A stretch of 63,013 bases of DNA, counting the filler, from Actinomycetota bacterium (GTDB lineage: Bacteria > Actinomycetota > Acidimicrobiia > IMCC26256 > VFJJ01): the NCBI GenBank assembly GCA_009886115.1. It is 4 parts of 4 records of this genome, joined end to end, with 100 filler letters (N's around TTAATTAATTAA, not from the genome) between each part and the next. Parts side by side here need not be neighbours in the genome. Positions count along the whole stretch, not along the records: positions 21,541 to 42,141 come from VFJJ01000154.1; 3 more parts are not named here. One strand, written 5' to 3'. Every line of letters starts with the position of its first letter. Positions within the stretch are counted from its first letter, which is position 1. A program made the position numbers and the translations under genes. This document shows positions 25,848 through 36,257 of this stretch, one piece after another. The notes below the pieces were generated by a model that saw nothing but the letters and a program-made list of their open reading frames with translations, was not told the DNA's origin and did no database searches.

Positions 25848-28517
25848 TCAGATGACGGCGGCGACGGCGACGATGGCGTGCGACGGCGGGGTGTCGGCCA
25901 GGGAGCCGGCGAAGGGGCTCGACGAGAAGCTGAAGATCCCCCCGTCGGACGCGACCATCAGGTACCCGTCGCCGTAGCGGACCATCCCCACGATCGGGGC
26001 GTTGAGCGCCTGACCCGACCGGAGCACACCCGGGACCGAACCCCGGAACCCGGCGTCACCGAACGCGAAGATCCCGCCGTCGGAGGCGACGAGCCAGTAT
26101 CCGCGGTTCGTGGGTGTCGGGACGTGCGACCGGACGGGAGCGTTCAGGATCCGGTCGCCCACCGAGCCGAGGAACGGCGCGTCGCCGAAGGCGAAGATCC
26201 CCCCGTCGGAGGCGACGAGCGAGTAGCCGGCGCCGGTCGGCGTGGCGATGCTGCCGAGCACCGGACCGTTGAGCGACAGGTGCGAAACGTCGCCGAAGTG
26301 ACCGGCGTCGCCGACGTTGACGACCCTTCCCCGGTTCGTGAACAGCCAGTAGCCCTTCCCCGTCGGTGTCGACGACAGGGCGGTGAACCGTTCACCGCGG
26401 CGCACCTGCTCGGCCGAGAGCGCTCCGTCACCGAGGTCGAGCGCGTCGCCGAAGGCGTGCACCCCGCCCACCTCGTCGAGCAGCCAGTATCCCGCCCGGG
26501 CCGGCGTCGCCTCGATGTCGACGGTTGCGCTGCGCCCGCCGTCGCCCGAGAGGTCGCCGAACGATCGGGCCGCGCCGAAGGCATGGACGCTCCCGTCGGA
26601 GCCGAGCATCCAGTACCCGCCGGCAACGAGCGCCGCGGTGGGCGTGACAGGGCCCGGAGGCGGCGGGCCAGCCGCGCCCGCCGGAGCAGTCGTGATGTTC
26701 CCCGGGCCCGGAGGCGACGGAGGCGACGGAGGCGACGGACCACGGCTCGACGATGTGGTGGTGCTCGACGGCTGCGTCGTCGTGGTCGCCGGCACCGTGG
26801 TCGTGGTGGTGGTGCTCGCCGGCACCGTGGTCGTGGTGGTCGGCAGGGGCGGCGGCGGCGGCCGGCCGGCCATGAGGGCCAGGACGTTGCGGGTCATCTG
26901 CTGCACACGCGTGTCGGCCGGATGCGAGACGCCGGGAGCCGACGTGGCGTCGAAGCCATCGACGAGGTACGTCCAGTACATCGTGGACGCGTTGAACACG
27001 TAGGAGCCCGACGCGGCACGATAGATCGACGCCTCCTGCAGGCGATGGGCCGAGCCCACCTGCACCGGCGACCGCGAGAGCAGCTGCACCCCCGCCGGCC
27101 GGGCCCCGGCGAACGCCGGGTTGTCGAAGTCGAACTCGTGACCGACGAGGTTCGGGATGGTGTCGCCATCGCGCAGCCCGGTGCCGCCGTAGAGCGGATG
27201 CCCCGAGCTCGTGACCACCCAGGGGGCCGACTGGCCGTACGGCAAGGGGAACTGGTCGAAGATCGTCCCCAGGATCTGGTTCTCGGGTTGGCCGAGCTGA
27301 CGCCACTGTCGCCCTCTGGCAATGACCCGATTGGCCACGCCACCGCTGGGCGTGCTCGACGGTTGCCAGGTGATCGACCAGTAGATGCTGTTCCCGGTGA
27401 AGTACGCGAGGTCGCGCCCGGCGTCGCGTGCTGCGACCACCGTTCCCCTCATCGCCGCCGAGTGGTACTCGTCGTGCCAGGTGGTCAACAGCGTGCCGAA
27501 GCTCGAAAGCAGGTTGGCGGGGCGGGACTCGAGATCGACGCTCGCCACGTACTTGACGTCGTAGCCCTCCCGTTCGAGGAAGCGCACCATGGTGACGTCG
27601 GTGCCAAGATAGAGACCGGTTCCGGCGTTGGTGGCGTAGGGGCGATCGAACGAGACCTCGGTCGCGGGCACGTCGTTCTGCGAGTTGAAGGCGTACATGC
27701 TCTTGCCGCCCCAACCGTTGTAGGCCTGCCAGGTGGTGGTGGGCAGCACGTAGAGGATCTCCGCCGTGCGTGCGTCGTCGCGCACCACGAACGGGATGAA
27801 CGACGACACCGAGCTCGACCCGGCCGGGTACAGACCGGCGAGATAGACGCCCGAGGCCCAGCCGCCCGTGACCGAGCCCGGAATGGTGAGCGAGACGGGC
27901 CACGCGGCCTCGATCCGACCGGTTGCAGTGGCCACCGGTAACGGACGTGCCACCCCGGCGATCGCGCTCGCCGTCCAGACCTGCGTGGCCCCGGCCCCGC
28001 CGTACCAGCCCTGGCGATAGACCCGGACGTCGAAGGTCGCCGAGCCCGACGACACGTGGAGCGAGACGGGCTGTCCGCGGTTGATGCTCTGGGCACCGGT
28101 GTAGCCCTCGATGGCGTTGAGGCTCACCCATGGTGTGGGCGCGGCCCTGGGAACGAGCCCCGGTCCCCCGGAGTCGGACTCGGGGACGGGCGTCCCGGCG
28201 CCGAGCACGTCGTCATCGCCGACCGAGGGCCCGATCGCCGCTTCGTCGATTCCCAGACGCCAACCGACGGCGCCCGGCCGACGGTTCTCGATCACGATCG
28301 GGTTGTCCCCATCGGGAGCGCGGGAGTCCCGATCGATGGCCACACCGACGGCGCCGAGGACGAGGCCCACCACGACCGCGAGCACGACAGGCGCGGCGCG
28401 ACCAGCTCGTGCCCCGCTTCGAGCCCCGAACCTGCCGATCAGCGGACGGCTCCTCGGTTCCAGCTCCCGCTCTCGCTCTCGCTCCCGCTCACTCGTCGCT
28501 CTGTTCAGCCGGGTCAC
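25848..28517 (-). CDS. Exported N,N-dimethylformamidase beta-subunit-like (DUF6605) protein with six C-terminal YWLVASDGGIF-type repeats
   Basis: IVIENRRPG, IPFVVRDD, TWQAYNGWGGKSMY, VSFDRPY, RFLEREGYDV, WHDEY; N-terminal TM; Thr/Pro linker. Confidence 0.85.
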   Translation of the reverse strand: MTRLNRATSERERERERELEPRSRPLIGRFGARSGARAGRAAPVVLAVVVGLVLGAVGVAIDRDSRAPDGDNPIVIENRRPGAVGWRLGIDEAAIGPSVGDDDVLGAGTPVPESDSGGPGLVPRAAPTPWVSLNAIEGYTGAQSINRGQPVSLHVSSGSATFDVRVYRQGWYGGAGATQVWTASAIAGVARPLPVATATGRIEAAWPVSLTIPGSVTGGWASGVYLAGLYPAGSSSVSSFIPFVVRDDARTAEILYVLPTTTWQAYNGWGGKSMYAFNSQNDVPATEVSFDRPYATNAGTGLYLGTDVTMVRFLEREGYDVKYVASVDLESRPANLLSSFGTLLTTWHDEYHSAAMRGTVVAARDAGRDLAYFTGNSIYWSITWQPSSTPSGGVANRVIARGRQWRQLGQPENQILGTIFDQFPLPYGQSAPWVVTSSGHPLYGGTGLRDGDTIPNLVGHEFDFDNPAFAGARPAGVQLLSRSPVQVGSAHRLQEASIYRAASGSYVFNASTMYWTYLVDGFDATSAPGVSHPADTRVQQMTRNVLALMAGRPPPPPLPTTTTTVPASTTTTTTVPATTTTQPSSTTTSSSRGPSPPSPPSPPGPGNITTAPAGAAGPPPPGPVTPTAALVAGGYWMLGSDGSVHAFGAARSFGDLSGDGGRSATVDIEATPARAGYWLLDEVGGVHAFGDALDLGDGALSAEQVRRGERFTALSSTPTGKGYWLFTNRGRVVNVGDAGHFGDVSHLSLNGPVLGSIATPTGAGYSLVASDGGIFAFGDAPFLGSVGDRILNAPVRSHVPTPTNRGYWLVASDGGIFAFGDAGFRGSVPGVLRSGQALNAPIVGMVRYGDGYLMVASDGGIFSFSSSPFAGSLADTPPSHAIVAVAAVI

Positions 28518-28523
28518 GCAGCG

Positions 28524-30989
28524 TCAGGTTCCTTGTGCGGCCACCGAGACGATAGGTCTGGCCGGCGGCGTGGCGCCCAACGATCCCAGGAAGGGCTGGC
28601 TCGAGAAGCTGAAGATCCCACCGTCCTCACCCACCATCAGATATCCGTTGCCGTAGCGGACCATGCCGGTGATCGGACGGTTGAGCGACTGCCCCGCTCT
28701 GAGGACGCCGGGGATCGAACCGACGAAGCCCGCGTCGCCGAACGCGAAGATCCCCCCGTCGGCCGCGACGAGCCAGTACCCGTTCCCCGTGGCGGTCGGT
28801 ACCAGTGACTGCACCGGAGCGTTGAGCGGCTTACCGCCCATGGAACCGGCGAACTTGGCGTCGCCGAACGCGAAGATCCCGCCGTCGGACGCCACCATGA
28901 AGTACCCCTGGCCCGTGGGCATGGCGATGCTGTCGAGCACCGGTCCGTTCAGCGCGAGGTGTGACACATCGCCGAAGTGCCCGGCGTCGCCCTTGTTCAG
29001 GACCCGTCCCCGGTTGGTGAAGATCCAGTACCCGTTCCCGTAGGGCGTCGCCGAGATCGCCGTCACGACCTCGCCGGCGGCGAGCTGCGCGGCCGAGAGC
29101 GTGCCGTTGCCCAGATCGCCCCGGGCGTCGCCGAAAGCCTGGACGGCGCCCTGGTCGTCGATGACCCAGTAGCCCTGGAACGTGGGCGTGGGCTCGAGGT
29201 CGACGAGGGGACGGAGCCCTCCGGCATTACCGAAGTTCGCCGCCGCTCCGAAGCTGTAGACCAAGCCGTCGCTGCCGATCATCCAATAGCCGGCAGACTC
29301 GGTAGAACGGGGAAGCGGCGCCGTCGCCGGCGGCACGCCGTTGAGCGCCCGGTACAAGACGTTACGGGTCATCTGCTGCACCCGCGAGTCGACGGGGTGC
29401 GACACCTGGGGCGACGCCGGGCCGGGTGTCGTGTCGTACCCGTCGAGCAGCCAGACCCAGTGCGGCGTGCCGGCATTGAAAACCCCGCCGCCACCGCTCG
29501 CGGCGTCGTAATAGGTCGTGACCGCGGTTCCCCCGCCCGTCCCCCCGGCTCCAGCCGGGACGGCGGTGCTCCCGAGCACGACGCGGTTCGGCACGGTCGA
29601 GCCGGCGAGCTCGTCGTAGTCGTAGCCGACGAGGTTGGCGATCGTCGAGCCGTCGACCACGCCCGTGCCCCTGTAGATCCAGTGCGACGCGCTCTGAGCG
29701 ACGTACGGAACAGCGTTGCCGTAGCCCAGGCCGTGGAAGTTGTACTGGGCCCCCTGGAGCGCGTCCTCGGGGCGGTTGACGGGCGGTTCACGCCAGGTCA
29801 CCGTCACGAGCCCGTCGTTGGCTGGCGTGGCGTCGGTCGCGAACGGATCGATCGTCGCGAGCTTGTAACTCACCATCGTCCGGTTGGGCGTTGCACCCGA
29901 CGCTTCGAAGCGCACCTGCCAGAAGTTGTTGCCGGAACCGAGGAACGCCAGGAACTTGCCGCCGCTGCGGGCGGCCTCGAGCTGGTTGCGCTGGGCCAGG
30001 GTCGTGTACTGGTCCTGCCAGCTCGTGACGAACGCCCGCCGGCTCCCCAGCAGGCTGGGGTTGGTCTCGAAGTCGAGGCTCGTGGCGTAGGTGACGTCGT
30101 AGCCCTCGCGCTCGAGGAAGTGCACCAGCGAGACGTCGGTGTTGAGGAACTGACCGGTGCCGGCGCCACCCTCGTACGGACGGTTGTACGAGACCTTGAC
30201 GGCTCGGGTCGTGCCGGCCACGGTGGCAGCGCCACCGGAGTCGAAGCTGAAGGTGCTCTTGCCGCCCCAGGCGTTGAACGCCTGCCACGTGTTGGTGGGC
30301 AGCACGTAGAGGAGCCGAGCGGTGGATGCGTCGTCGCGAACGACGAAGGGGATCGACGACTCGACCTTGGTCGTTCCCGTACGGGTGAGCTGCGCGAGGT
30401 ACACGCCCGAGGTCCAGGCGGCGGTGGTCTGGAGGGTGTACGACACGGGCCAGTTGGCCTCGATGAGACCGGTGGTCGGGTCGATCGCGGGATAGCCCCG
30501 GTCGACGCCGGCAACGTTGCTCGTGTCGGTGATGAAGCGGGCGCCGACGCCGTCGTACCACCCCTGACGCACGATCTGGATGTCGAAGTTCCCGCCACGG
30601 GAGCTCACGGCGAAGCCGATCGAGCCACCCTTGTTCACGCTCGGCGCCGTCGCGTATCCCTCGATGAGGTACGGGCTCACGTACGGGACCGTCGCCGCGG
30701 CCCGGACGGTGTCGTGGTCATCGGACGCGATCGACCCGAGCGACTCACCGGCCAGCAGATCGAGCGACTGCCGGGCCTCGGCCTCCAGGGCCACCCAGTC
30801 GACGTCGTCGTCCCACGTGGGGTCGCCGGGCCGCGCGTTCTCGATCTCGATGGCATTCCGACCGTCGACAGGTGCCGAGGCCTCTCGATCTTCACCGGCA
30901 CCCGCCGTGGCTGATACGCCGATGATCGGCAGCATCGCCGCGAGGCTCGCCCAGACCCTGACCCATCGCCGTCGCGCACTCATGCCCAT
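28524..30989 (-). CDS. Paralogous exported DMFase beta-like (DUF6605) protein with degenerate putative active-site residues
   Basis: Signal peptide, IEIENARPG, TWQAFNAWGGKSTF, FLEREGYDV, WQDQY; same six C-terminal repeats. Confidence 0.85.
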   Translation of the reverse strand: MGMSARRRWVRVWASLAAMLPIIGVSATAGAGEDREASAPVDGRNAIEIENARPGDPTWDDDVDWVALEAEARQSLDLLAGESLGSIASDDHDTVRAAATVPYVSPYLIEGYATAPSVNKGGSIGFAVSSRGGNFDIQIVRQGWYDGVGARFITDTSNVAGVDRGYPAIDPTTGLIEANWPVSYTLQTTAAWTSGVYLAQLTRTGTTKVESSIPFVVRDDASTARLLYVLPTNTWQAFNAWGGKSTFSFDSGGAATVAGTTRAVKVSYNRPYEGGAGTGQFLNTDVSLVHFLEREGYDVTYATSLDFETNPSLLGSRRAFVTSWQDQYTTLAQRNQLEAARSGGKFLAFLGSGNNFWQVRFEASGATPNRTMVSYKLATIDPFATDATPANDGLVTVTWREPPVNRPEDALQGAQYNFHGLGYGNAVPYVAQSASHWIYRGTGVVDGSTIANLVGYDYDELAGSTVPNRVVLGSTAVPAGAGGTGGGTAVTTYYDAASGGGGVFNAGTPHWVWLLDGYDTTPGPASPQVSHPVDSRVQQMTRNVLYRALNGVPPATAPLPRSTESAGYWMIGSDGLVYSFGAAANFGNAGGLRPLVDLEPTPTFQGYWVIDDQGAVQAFGDARGDLGNGTLSAAQLAAGEVVTAISATPYGNGYWIFTNRGRVLNKGDAGHFGDVSHLALNGPVLDSIAMPTGQGYFMVASDGGIFAFGDAKFAGSMGGKPLNAPVQSLVPTATGNGYWLVAADGGIFAFGDAGFVGSIPGVLRAGQSLNRPITGMVRYGNGYLMVGEDGGIFSFSSQPFLGSLGATPPARPIVSVAAQGT

Positions 30990-31199
30990 GTCCCCCAGAG
31001 ACTCGTCGCCGCTTCACGATCGTACCGGCGCGTCGTATACCCGAGCTTTCGGGGGGCGAACCAGGCGATCCTGAGCGCGGAGGGTAGCAACTCGACCGCG
31101 CTGTGCCCCAGCGCCACAACCGACGCCCCGCTCATCCGGTCTCTCCGCACCCGTGATCGCGCAAGCGCCTGCGCTGCGGACGGGGCCGGTCCTCCCGGA

Positions 31200-34100
31200 T
31201 CAGACCACGAGGGAGCGGACGGCTCGGACGCCCACGGTGAGCGCGTCGAGGCCCCCGGCAGGATCGTCGGCCACGTCCTTGACGACCGCTCGGACCCGAT
31301 CGAGCGACTCGGCTCGCCGCGTCGCCCATCGTGCGACCACCGACACCGCCGCGGTCTCGGCTCCGGCCTCGCCGAACGCCTGCCGGGTGGCATCCTGGGC
31401 CACGAGCCGCAGCTCCTCGGCGAGCACCGCGCGTGCCTGGCGAGCCCAGTGGTGCGCTGGGGCATGGCGGTCGAGCAGGTCGGCCAGGACGTCGATGCCG
31501 AGCGTCTCGCACAACACCAGGTACCCGTCGGCGACGACCACGGGCTCGTGCCCGAGCGAACGGGCCACGGCGGCGATGTCGAGCGCGCTCGTGAGGTCGC
31601 GGAGCCCGGCGAAGCGCACCGCGGTGCTCGGAGCGATCCCGAGGTCGACGAGATGCTCGGCGGTGCGCGCCCGGGCGGCGCGGTGTCCGGCCGTGCCCAG
31701 GTCGGCCATGCGCCCGTCGAGCGACGCCATGGCCATCCTGTCGTGCTCGACGATTCGGGCGAGGCGCATCGGGCTCGGAGGACCGTCGACGTTCGCGGGC
31801 TCGACACCCGACGCGGCCCGCTCGGTGAGTCGCGAGACGAGATCGCCCACCCCGACGAGCAACTCGGCGACGGCGTCGGCGCCCGGCCCGACGAGCAACT
31901 CGGCGACGGCGTCGGCGACGGCGTCGGCGCCCGGACCCGAACGCACCGGGTCGAGCTCGTCGATGGTCTCCCACCAGTCGCGAGCGCTTCCGGTCTCGAC
32001 GGCGATCCACCAGGCGATCGCGGCGTCGGCGAGCGTGACGGCGTGCTCCTCGGCGAACCGCTGCGCCCAGGGAATGCCCATCCGGTTGACGCACTCGCCG
32101 GCGACGACCGTGGCGATCAGCTCGCGCCGCAAACGATGGCGGGCCACCAGATCACCGAAGGCGTCGGCGATCTGCGGCGGGAAGTACGAGACGAGCGCCG
32201 GACGGAACACGTCGTCGGCGATCCGGTCGTCGGCGACCAAGGCCGCGGCCAGACCGCGCTTGGCTGCCGAGAGCAGCACGGAGAGCTCCGGCCGCGTGAG
32301 GCCGGCGCCGGCGCTGCGGCGCTCGGCGAACCCCGGGCCCGACGGGAGATCGTCGACCGTGACGTCGACGAGCCCACTCGCCGCCGCCCATTCCACGAAC
32401 GCCTCGTACGCGTCGAGCCCGGATGCACTGGCGAGCACCTCGGCGCTGAGCACCCGCGTCTGGAGGAAGCTGTCGCGCAACACCGACTCGACGACGTCGG
32501 CCGTGGCGTCGGCGAGCAGTCGATCGCGCTGATCGGTGGTGATGCGACCGGCGGCGAGCGCCGCAGCGAGGAGGATCTTGAGGTTCACCTCGTGGTCGGA
32601 TGTGTCGACCCCGGCCGAGTTGTCGATGGCGTCGGCGTTGACGCGCCCGCCACGGCGCGCGTACTGGATGCGCGCCCGCTGCGTGAGAGCGAGGTTGGCT
32701 CCTTCACCCACGACCCGGGCCCGGAGCTCGTCCGCGGTGATGCGCAGCTCGTCGTTGGCCCGGTCACCGATCTCGTCGTCAGGCTCGTCACTGGCCTTGA
32801 CATAGGTGCCGATCCCACCGGCGAAGAGGAGGTCGACGGGCGCGCGGAGGATGGCCTGGATCAACTCGGCGGGAGTGACCGCTTCGGGTGTCTCGGCCGG
32901 AAGGCGGAGGCAGGAGCGCAACTCCCCAGAGACCGGGACCTGCTTGAGGGTTCGAGACCAGATCCCGCCGCCGGCGCTGACGAGCGCCCGGTCGTAGTCG
33001 TCCCACGACGAGCCCGGAAGGTCGTACAGGCGTTGACGTTCTCGGAACGAGCGCTCGGGATCGGACGGTTCGGGATCGACGAACACGTGGCGATGGTCGA
33101 ACGCCGCGACCAGGCGGACAGCTCGCGAGCGCAACAACCCGTTGCCGAACACGTCGCCCGACATGTCACCGATGCCGACCACGGTGACGGGCTGGGTCTG
33201 GACGTCGATGCCGAGCTCGAGGAAGTGCCGCCGCACGGCGATCCACGCACCTCGTGCGGTGATCCCGAGCGCCTTGTGGTCGTAGCCCAACGAGCCACCC
33301 GAGGCGAAGGCGTCTCCCAGCCAGAAGCCACGCTCGGCCGACAGCCGGTTGGCGAGGTCGGAGAACGTGGCCGTTCCGCGGTCGGCCGCGACGACGAGGT
33401 AGGGATCGTCTCCGTCGTGGCACACCACCCTCTCGGGATGATCGACGGCGCCCGAACCGTCGGGGCTGAGCGTGTCGGTGATCTGGAGCAGGCTCGAAAC
33501 GAAGATCGTGTAGCACCGCTCGACCTCGCCACGCAGGGCTGCGCCATCGGCCGGACGGTTCCTGACCACGAAGCCGCCCTTGGCTCCGGTGGGGACGATC
33601 ACCGAATTCTTTCGCACCTGGGCCTGCATGAGGTCGAGGACCTCGGTGCGGAAATCGTCGACCCGGTCACTCCATCGCAGCCCACCCCGGGCCACCGCAC
33701 CGGCCCGGAGATGGATCCCCTCGATCTCGGGTGACGTGACGAAGATCTCCCGGTACGGAACGGGCTTGGGCAGGCCGGGAACCGCGCCACTGTCGAGCTT
33801 CAACGCCAACGCCGAGCGTCCGGGCACGTAGTGATTCGTGCGGACGGTCGCGTCGACCAGCGCGAGCAGGCCCCGGAGGATCCGGTCGTGGTCGAGCCGC
33901 TCGACCCCGTCGCACGAGGCGACGATCGCCCGCCGGATCCCGTCGATCTCACTGACACTCGCCGGATCACTGGCGCTTGCCGGATCACTGGCGAGCGCCG
34001 GATCACTGACACTCGCCGGATCACTGGCGAGCGCTGGTTCGGCGGCACTCGCCGGCGCTGCGCCACGCGGGTGCTGCCGGTCGGGGTCGAAACGCAGTGC

Positions 34101-36182
34101 AAAGAGCTCCACGAGCAGCCGGGCGATGGTGGGGTTGGCGACGAGGGCGTCGTTGACGGTTTCCGAGCGGTACGGCGAGCCCGCCTGGATCCGGTAGCGG
34201 CGGTACCCACGCAGCACGGCGACGTCGGCGGCGGTCAGCCCGGCCCGGGTGACGAGCCGGTTCAGCGAGTCGATCTCCAGGCAGCCGATCAGACCGGTGA
34301 GGAGGGCATCGGCTACCCGCGGGCCGTCGATCGCGGCGTCGATGGGCGGCCCGTCGGAAATCGGGAACACCCGGAACTCGTCGATCCACAGCTTCGGGCC
34401 GGGCCCGACGAGCTCGAACGGCCGCTCCTCGTCGACAACCAGACCGAGGCTCTCGAGCACCGGCACGACCTGCGACAGCGTCCGGGTCGCGCCCATCTCG
34501 TACAAGGCGATTCGCGTCCCGTCGGGGCCGCCGACCACCCTGACCGCCGCCGGCGCCGCATCACCCGTGGACTCACCCCGGGCCACCAGCTCGGCGAGGG
34601 CCTCGGCGGCATCGGCCGCCCGTTCTCCGTCGACACCGAGGCGGTAGCCCTCGGGAAGCCGGTCGACGTACGCCCGAGCGAGCATCGCGGCGCGAGCTCG
34701 GCCATGGCGCGAGACGAGCACGCCAGCAACGGCGTCCTCCCACGTTCGGCACAGGGCGACGACCTCGTCGTGCACCGCAGCAGGAGGCGGACGCACGCTC
34801 GGACGCGTGACGACGAAGCGCACGATGGCCTCGGCCCGCTCGCCCAGCGAGATGTCGGCCTCCACGCCGGTCCCGCCGAACCGGTCGAGGAGGTGCGCCT
34901 GCACCCGCTCACGCAACGCCGACGAGTAGCGATCGCGTGGCAGGGCGAGCAGCGCCGAGACGACCTCGCTGGCGTCGTCGCGCCGGAACAACACCCGTAC
35001 CTCCCGGCGATCCTCGGCACCGAGCAACTCCACGAGGGTCCGACGCAGCGCAGGGAGCGACGTGGTGAACAGCTCGTCCTTCGGAATGGCCTGGAACAGC
35101 GATCGCAGCGTGGCCTCGTCGTGCGAGCCGGGTACCACGTCCTCGAGCTCGAGGATCTGCAGCAGTCGCTCGCGCAGGACCGGCGTGGTGGCCGCCGGTT
35201 CCGCGTCGGCCTTGGGGGTGAACAGCCCGAGCAGCCGCATCACGACGCCGCCCTCGCCACTGCGAGGCGCCGGGGAGACGGTGACATCGTCCATCGGGAC
35301 TCGCTGGAGCACCGGGCTCGTCCGCCGGGTACGGGCGATCGAGAGCACGGCCGGGCCCGACAGCCGCTCGTGGAGATAGTGGGGCAGGTCGTCGATCGCG
35401 ACGGGCGCATCGGAGGACGCCGCCGGGTGACGGGGTCCGAGGAGACCCAACCCGGCGACGGCCTCCAGCCCCGGACGACCGTCGACGGTCGGGCACCGTC
35501 GATACTCACGGAGGCCGAGGAGCACGAAGTTGCCGTCGAGCAACCACCGCAAGAACTCAGGGGTCTCGCCGTGAGGACCGCCGACGAGATGGCCGAGTGA
35601 CGCCGCGAGCTCGACCACGCGGGCGTGCATCGCCCCGGTGTCGGCATTGACGTCCTGCGCCTCGCCGAGCACCTCGCGCAGCCCGGTGACCAGATCGGCG
35701 CTGGCCGCATCGTCGAGCGCGGTGTCGAGCTGGAAGTGGAGGAACGACTCCCGGCGTGGCGCGTTTCGGGCAGGCACGATCGCCGAGACGGCACCGGTGT
35801 CGTCGCGCTCGACCCCGAGGACGGGATGCAGCGTGCGCACGATCCCCAAGCCGCGACCCTTGATCTCCTCGGTCACCGTCGCGAGCAGGTACGGCCCGTC
35901 GGGCGCGTTGACCTCGACCGTGGTGCCCGGTTGGCTCCGACCATCGAGGGCCCTCGGCGGGACGAACGCCCTCACCCCGAGTGGCTGCGAGCCCCGGGCG
36001 TCGACGAAGGCGAACGCGTCGACGAGCTGCTCGGCCACGACCGACGGGTCAGCGCTCGCCAGTTGCTCGTCAGGGATGCGCCGCAACGACATCTCGGCGA
36101 ACACACTCAGCGCAGCGAGGCGGGCCGAGGGTACCGTGGCACGCAGATGCTCGCTCACCGCGTATCGCACGTCGGCCGTCAC
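31200..36182 (-). CDS. gdh: Large NAD-specific glutamate dehydrogenase
   Basis: ARGGLRWSDR, KNSVIVPTGAKGGF, YLVVAADRGTATFSD, GIGDMSGDVFGNG, IDNSAGVDTSDHEVNLKI; 1660 aa. Confidence 0.95.
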   Translation of the reverse strand: MTADVRYAVSEHLRATVPSARLAALSVFAEMSLRRIPDEQLASADPSVVAEQLVDAFAFVDARGSQPLGVRAFVPPRALDGRSQPGTTVEVNAPDGPYLLATVTEEIKGRGLGIVRTLHPVLGVERDDTGAVSAIVPARNAPRRESFLHFQLDTALDDAASADLVTGLREVLGEAQDVNADTGAMHARVVELAASLGHLVGGPHGETPEFLRWLLDGNFVLLGLREYRRCPTVDGRPGLEAVAGLGLLGPRHPAASSDAPVAIDDLPHYLHERLSGPAVLSIARTRRTSPVLQRVPMDDVTVSPAPRSGEGGVVMRLLGLFTPKADAEPAATTPVLRERLLQILELEDVVPGSHDEATLRSLFQAIPKDELFTTSLPALRRTLVELLGAEDRREVRVLFRRDDASEVVSALLALPRDRYSSALRERVQAHLLDRFGGTGVEADISLGERAEAIVRFVVTRPSVRPPPAAVHDEVVALCRTWEDAVAGVLVSRHGRARAAMLARAYVDRLPEGYRLGVDGERAADAAEALAELVARGESTGDAAPAAVRVVGGPDGTRIALYEMGATRTLSQVVPVLESLGLVVDEERPFELVGPGPKLWIDEFRVFPISDGPPIDAAIDGPRVADALLTGLIGCLEIDSLNRLVTRAGLTAADVAVLRGYRRYRIQAGSPYRSETVNDALVANPTIARLLVELFALRFDPDRQHPRGAAPASAAEPALASDPASVSDPALASDPASASDPASVSEIDGIRRAIVASCDGVERLDHDRILRGLLALVDATVRTNHYVPGRSALALKLDSGAVPGLPKPVPYREIFVTSPEIEGIHLRAGAVARGGLRWSDRVDDFRTEVLDLMQAQVRKNSVIVPTGAKGGFVVRNRPADGAALRGEVERCYTIFVSSLLQITDTLSPDGSGAVDHPERVVCHDGDDPYLVVAADRGTATFSDLANRLSAERGFWLGDAFASGGSLGYDHKALGITARGAWIAVRRHFLELGIDVQTQPVTVVGIGDMSGDVFGNGLLRSRAVRLVAAFDHRHVFVDPEPSDPERSFRERQRLYDLPGSSWDDYDRALVSAGGGIWSRTLKQVPVSGELRSCLRLPAETPEAVTPAELIQAILRAPVDLLFAGGIGTYVKASDEPDDEIGDRANDELRITADELRARVVGEGANLALTQRARIQYARRGGRVNADAIDNSAGVDTSDHEVNLKILLAAALAAGRITTDQRDRLLADATADVVESVLRDSFLQTRVLSAEVLASASGLDAYEAFVEWAAASGLVDVTVDDLPSGPGFAERRSAGAGLTRPELSVLLSAAKRGLAAALVADDRIADDVFRPALVSYFPPQIADAFGDLVARHRLRRELIATVVAGECVNRMGIPWAQRFAEEHAVTLADAAIAWWIAVETGSARDWWETIDELDPVRSGPGADAVADAVAELLVGPGADAVAELLVGVGDLVSRLTERAASGVEPANVDGPPSPMRLARIVEHDRMAMASLDGRMADLGTAGHRAARARTAEHLVDLGIAPSTAVRFAGLRDLTSALDIAAVARSLGHEPVVVADGYLVLCETLGIDVLADLLDRHAPAHHWARQARAVLAEELRLVAQDATRQAFGEAGAETAAVSVVARWATRRAESLDRVRAVVKDVADDPAGGLDALTVGVRAVRSLVV
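33949..34032. repeat. In-frame 18-bp tandem repeat inside gdh (SDPAxx)
   Basis: GCCGGATCACTG-N6 four times plus a partial copy. Confidence 0.85.
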
Positions 36183-36257
36183 ACGACGAGTCTACGAGCG
36201 CCTCGGAGCCCCTCAGTGCGACGGTGAACGCCGCATGACCATGCAACTTGGAGACCG

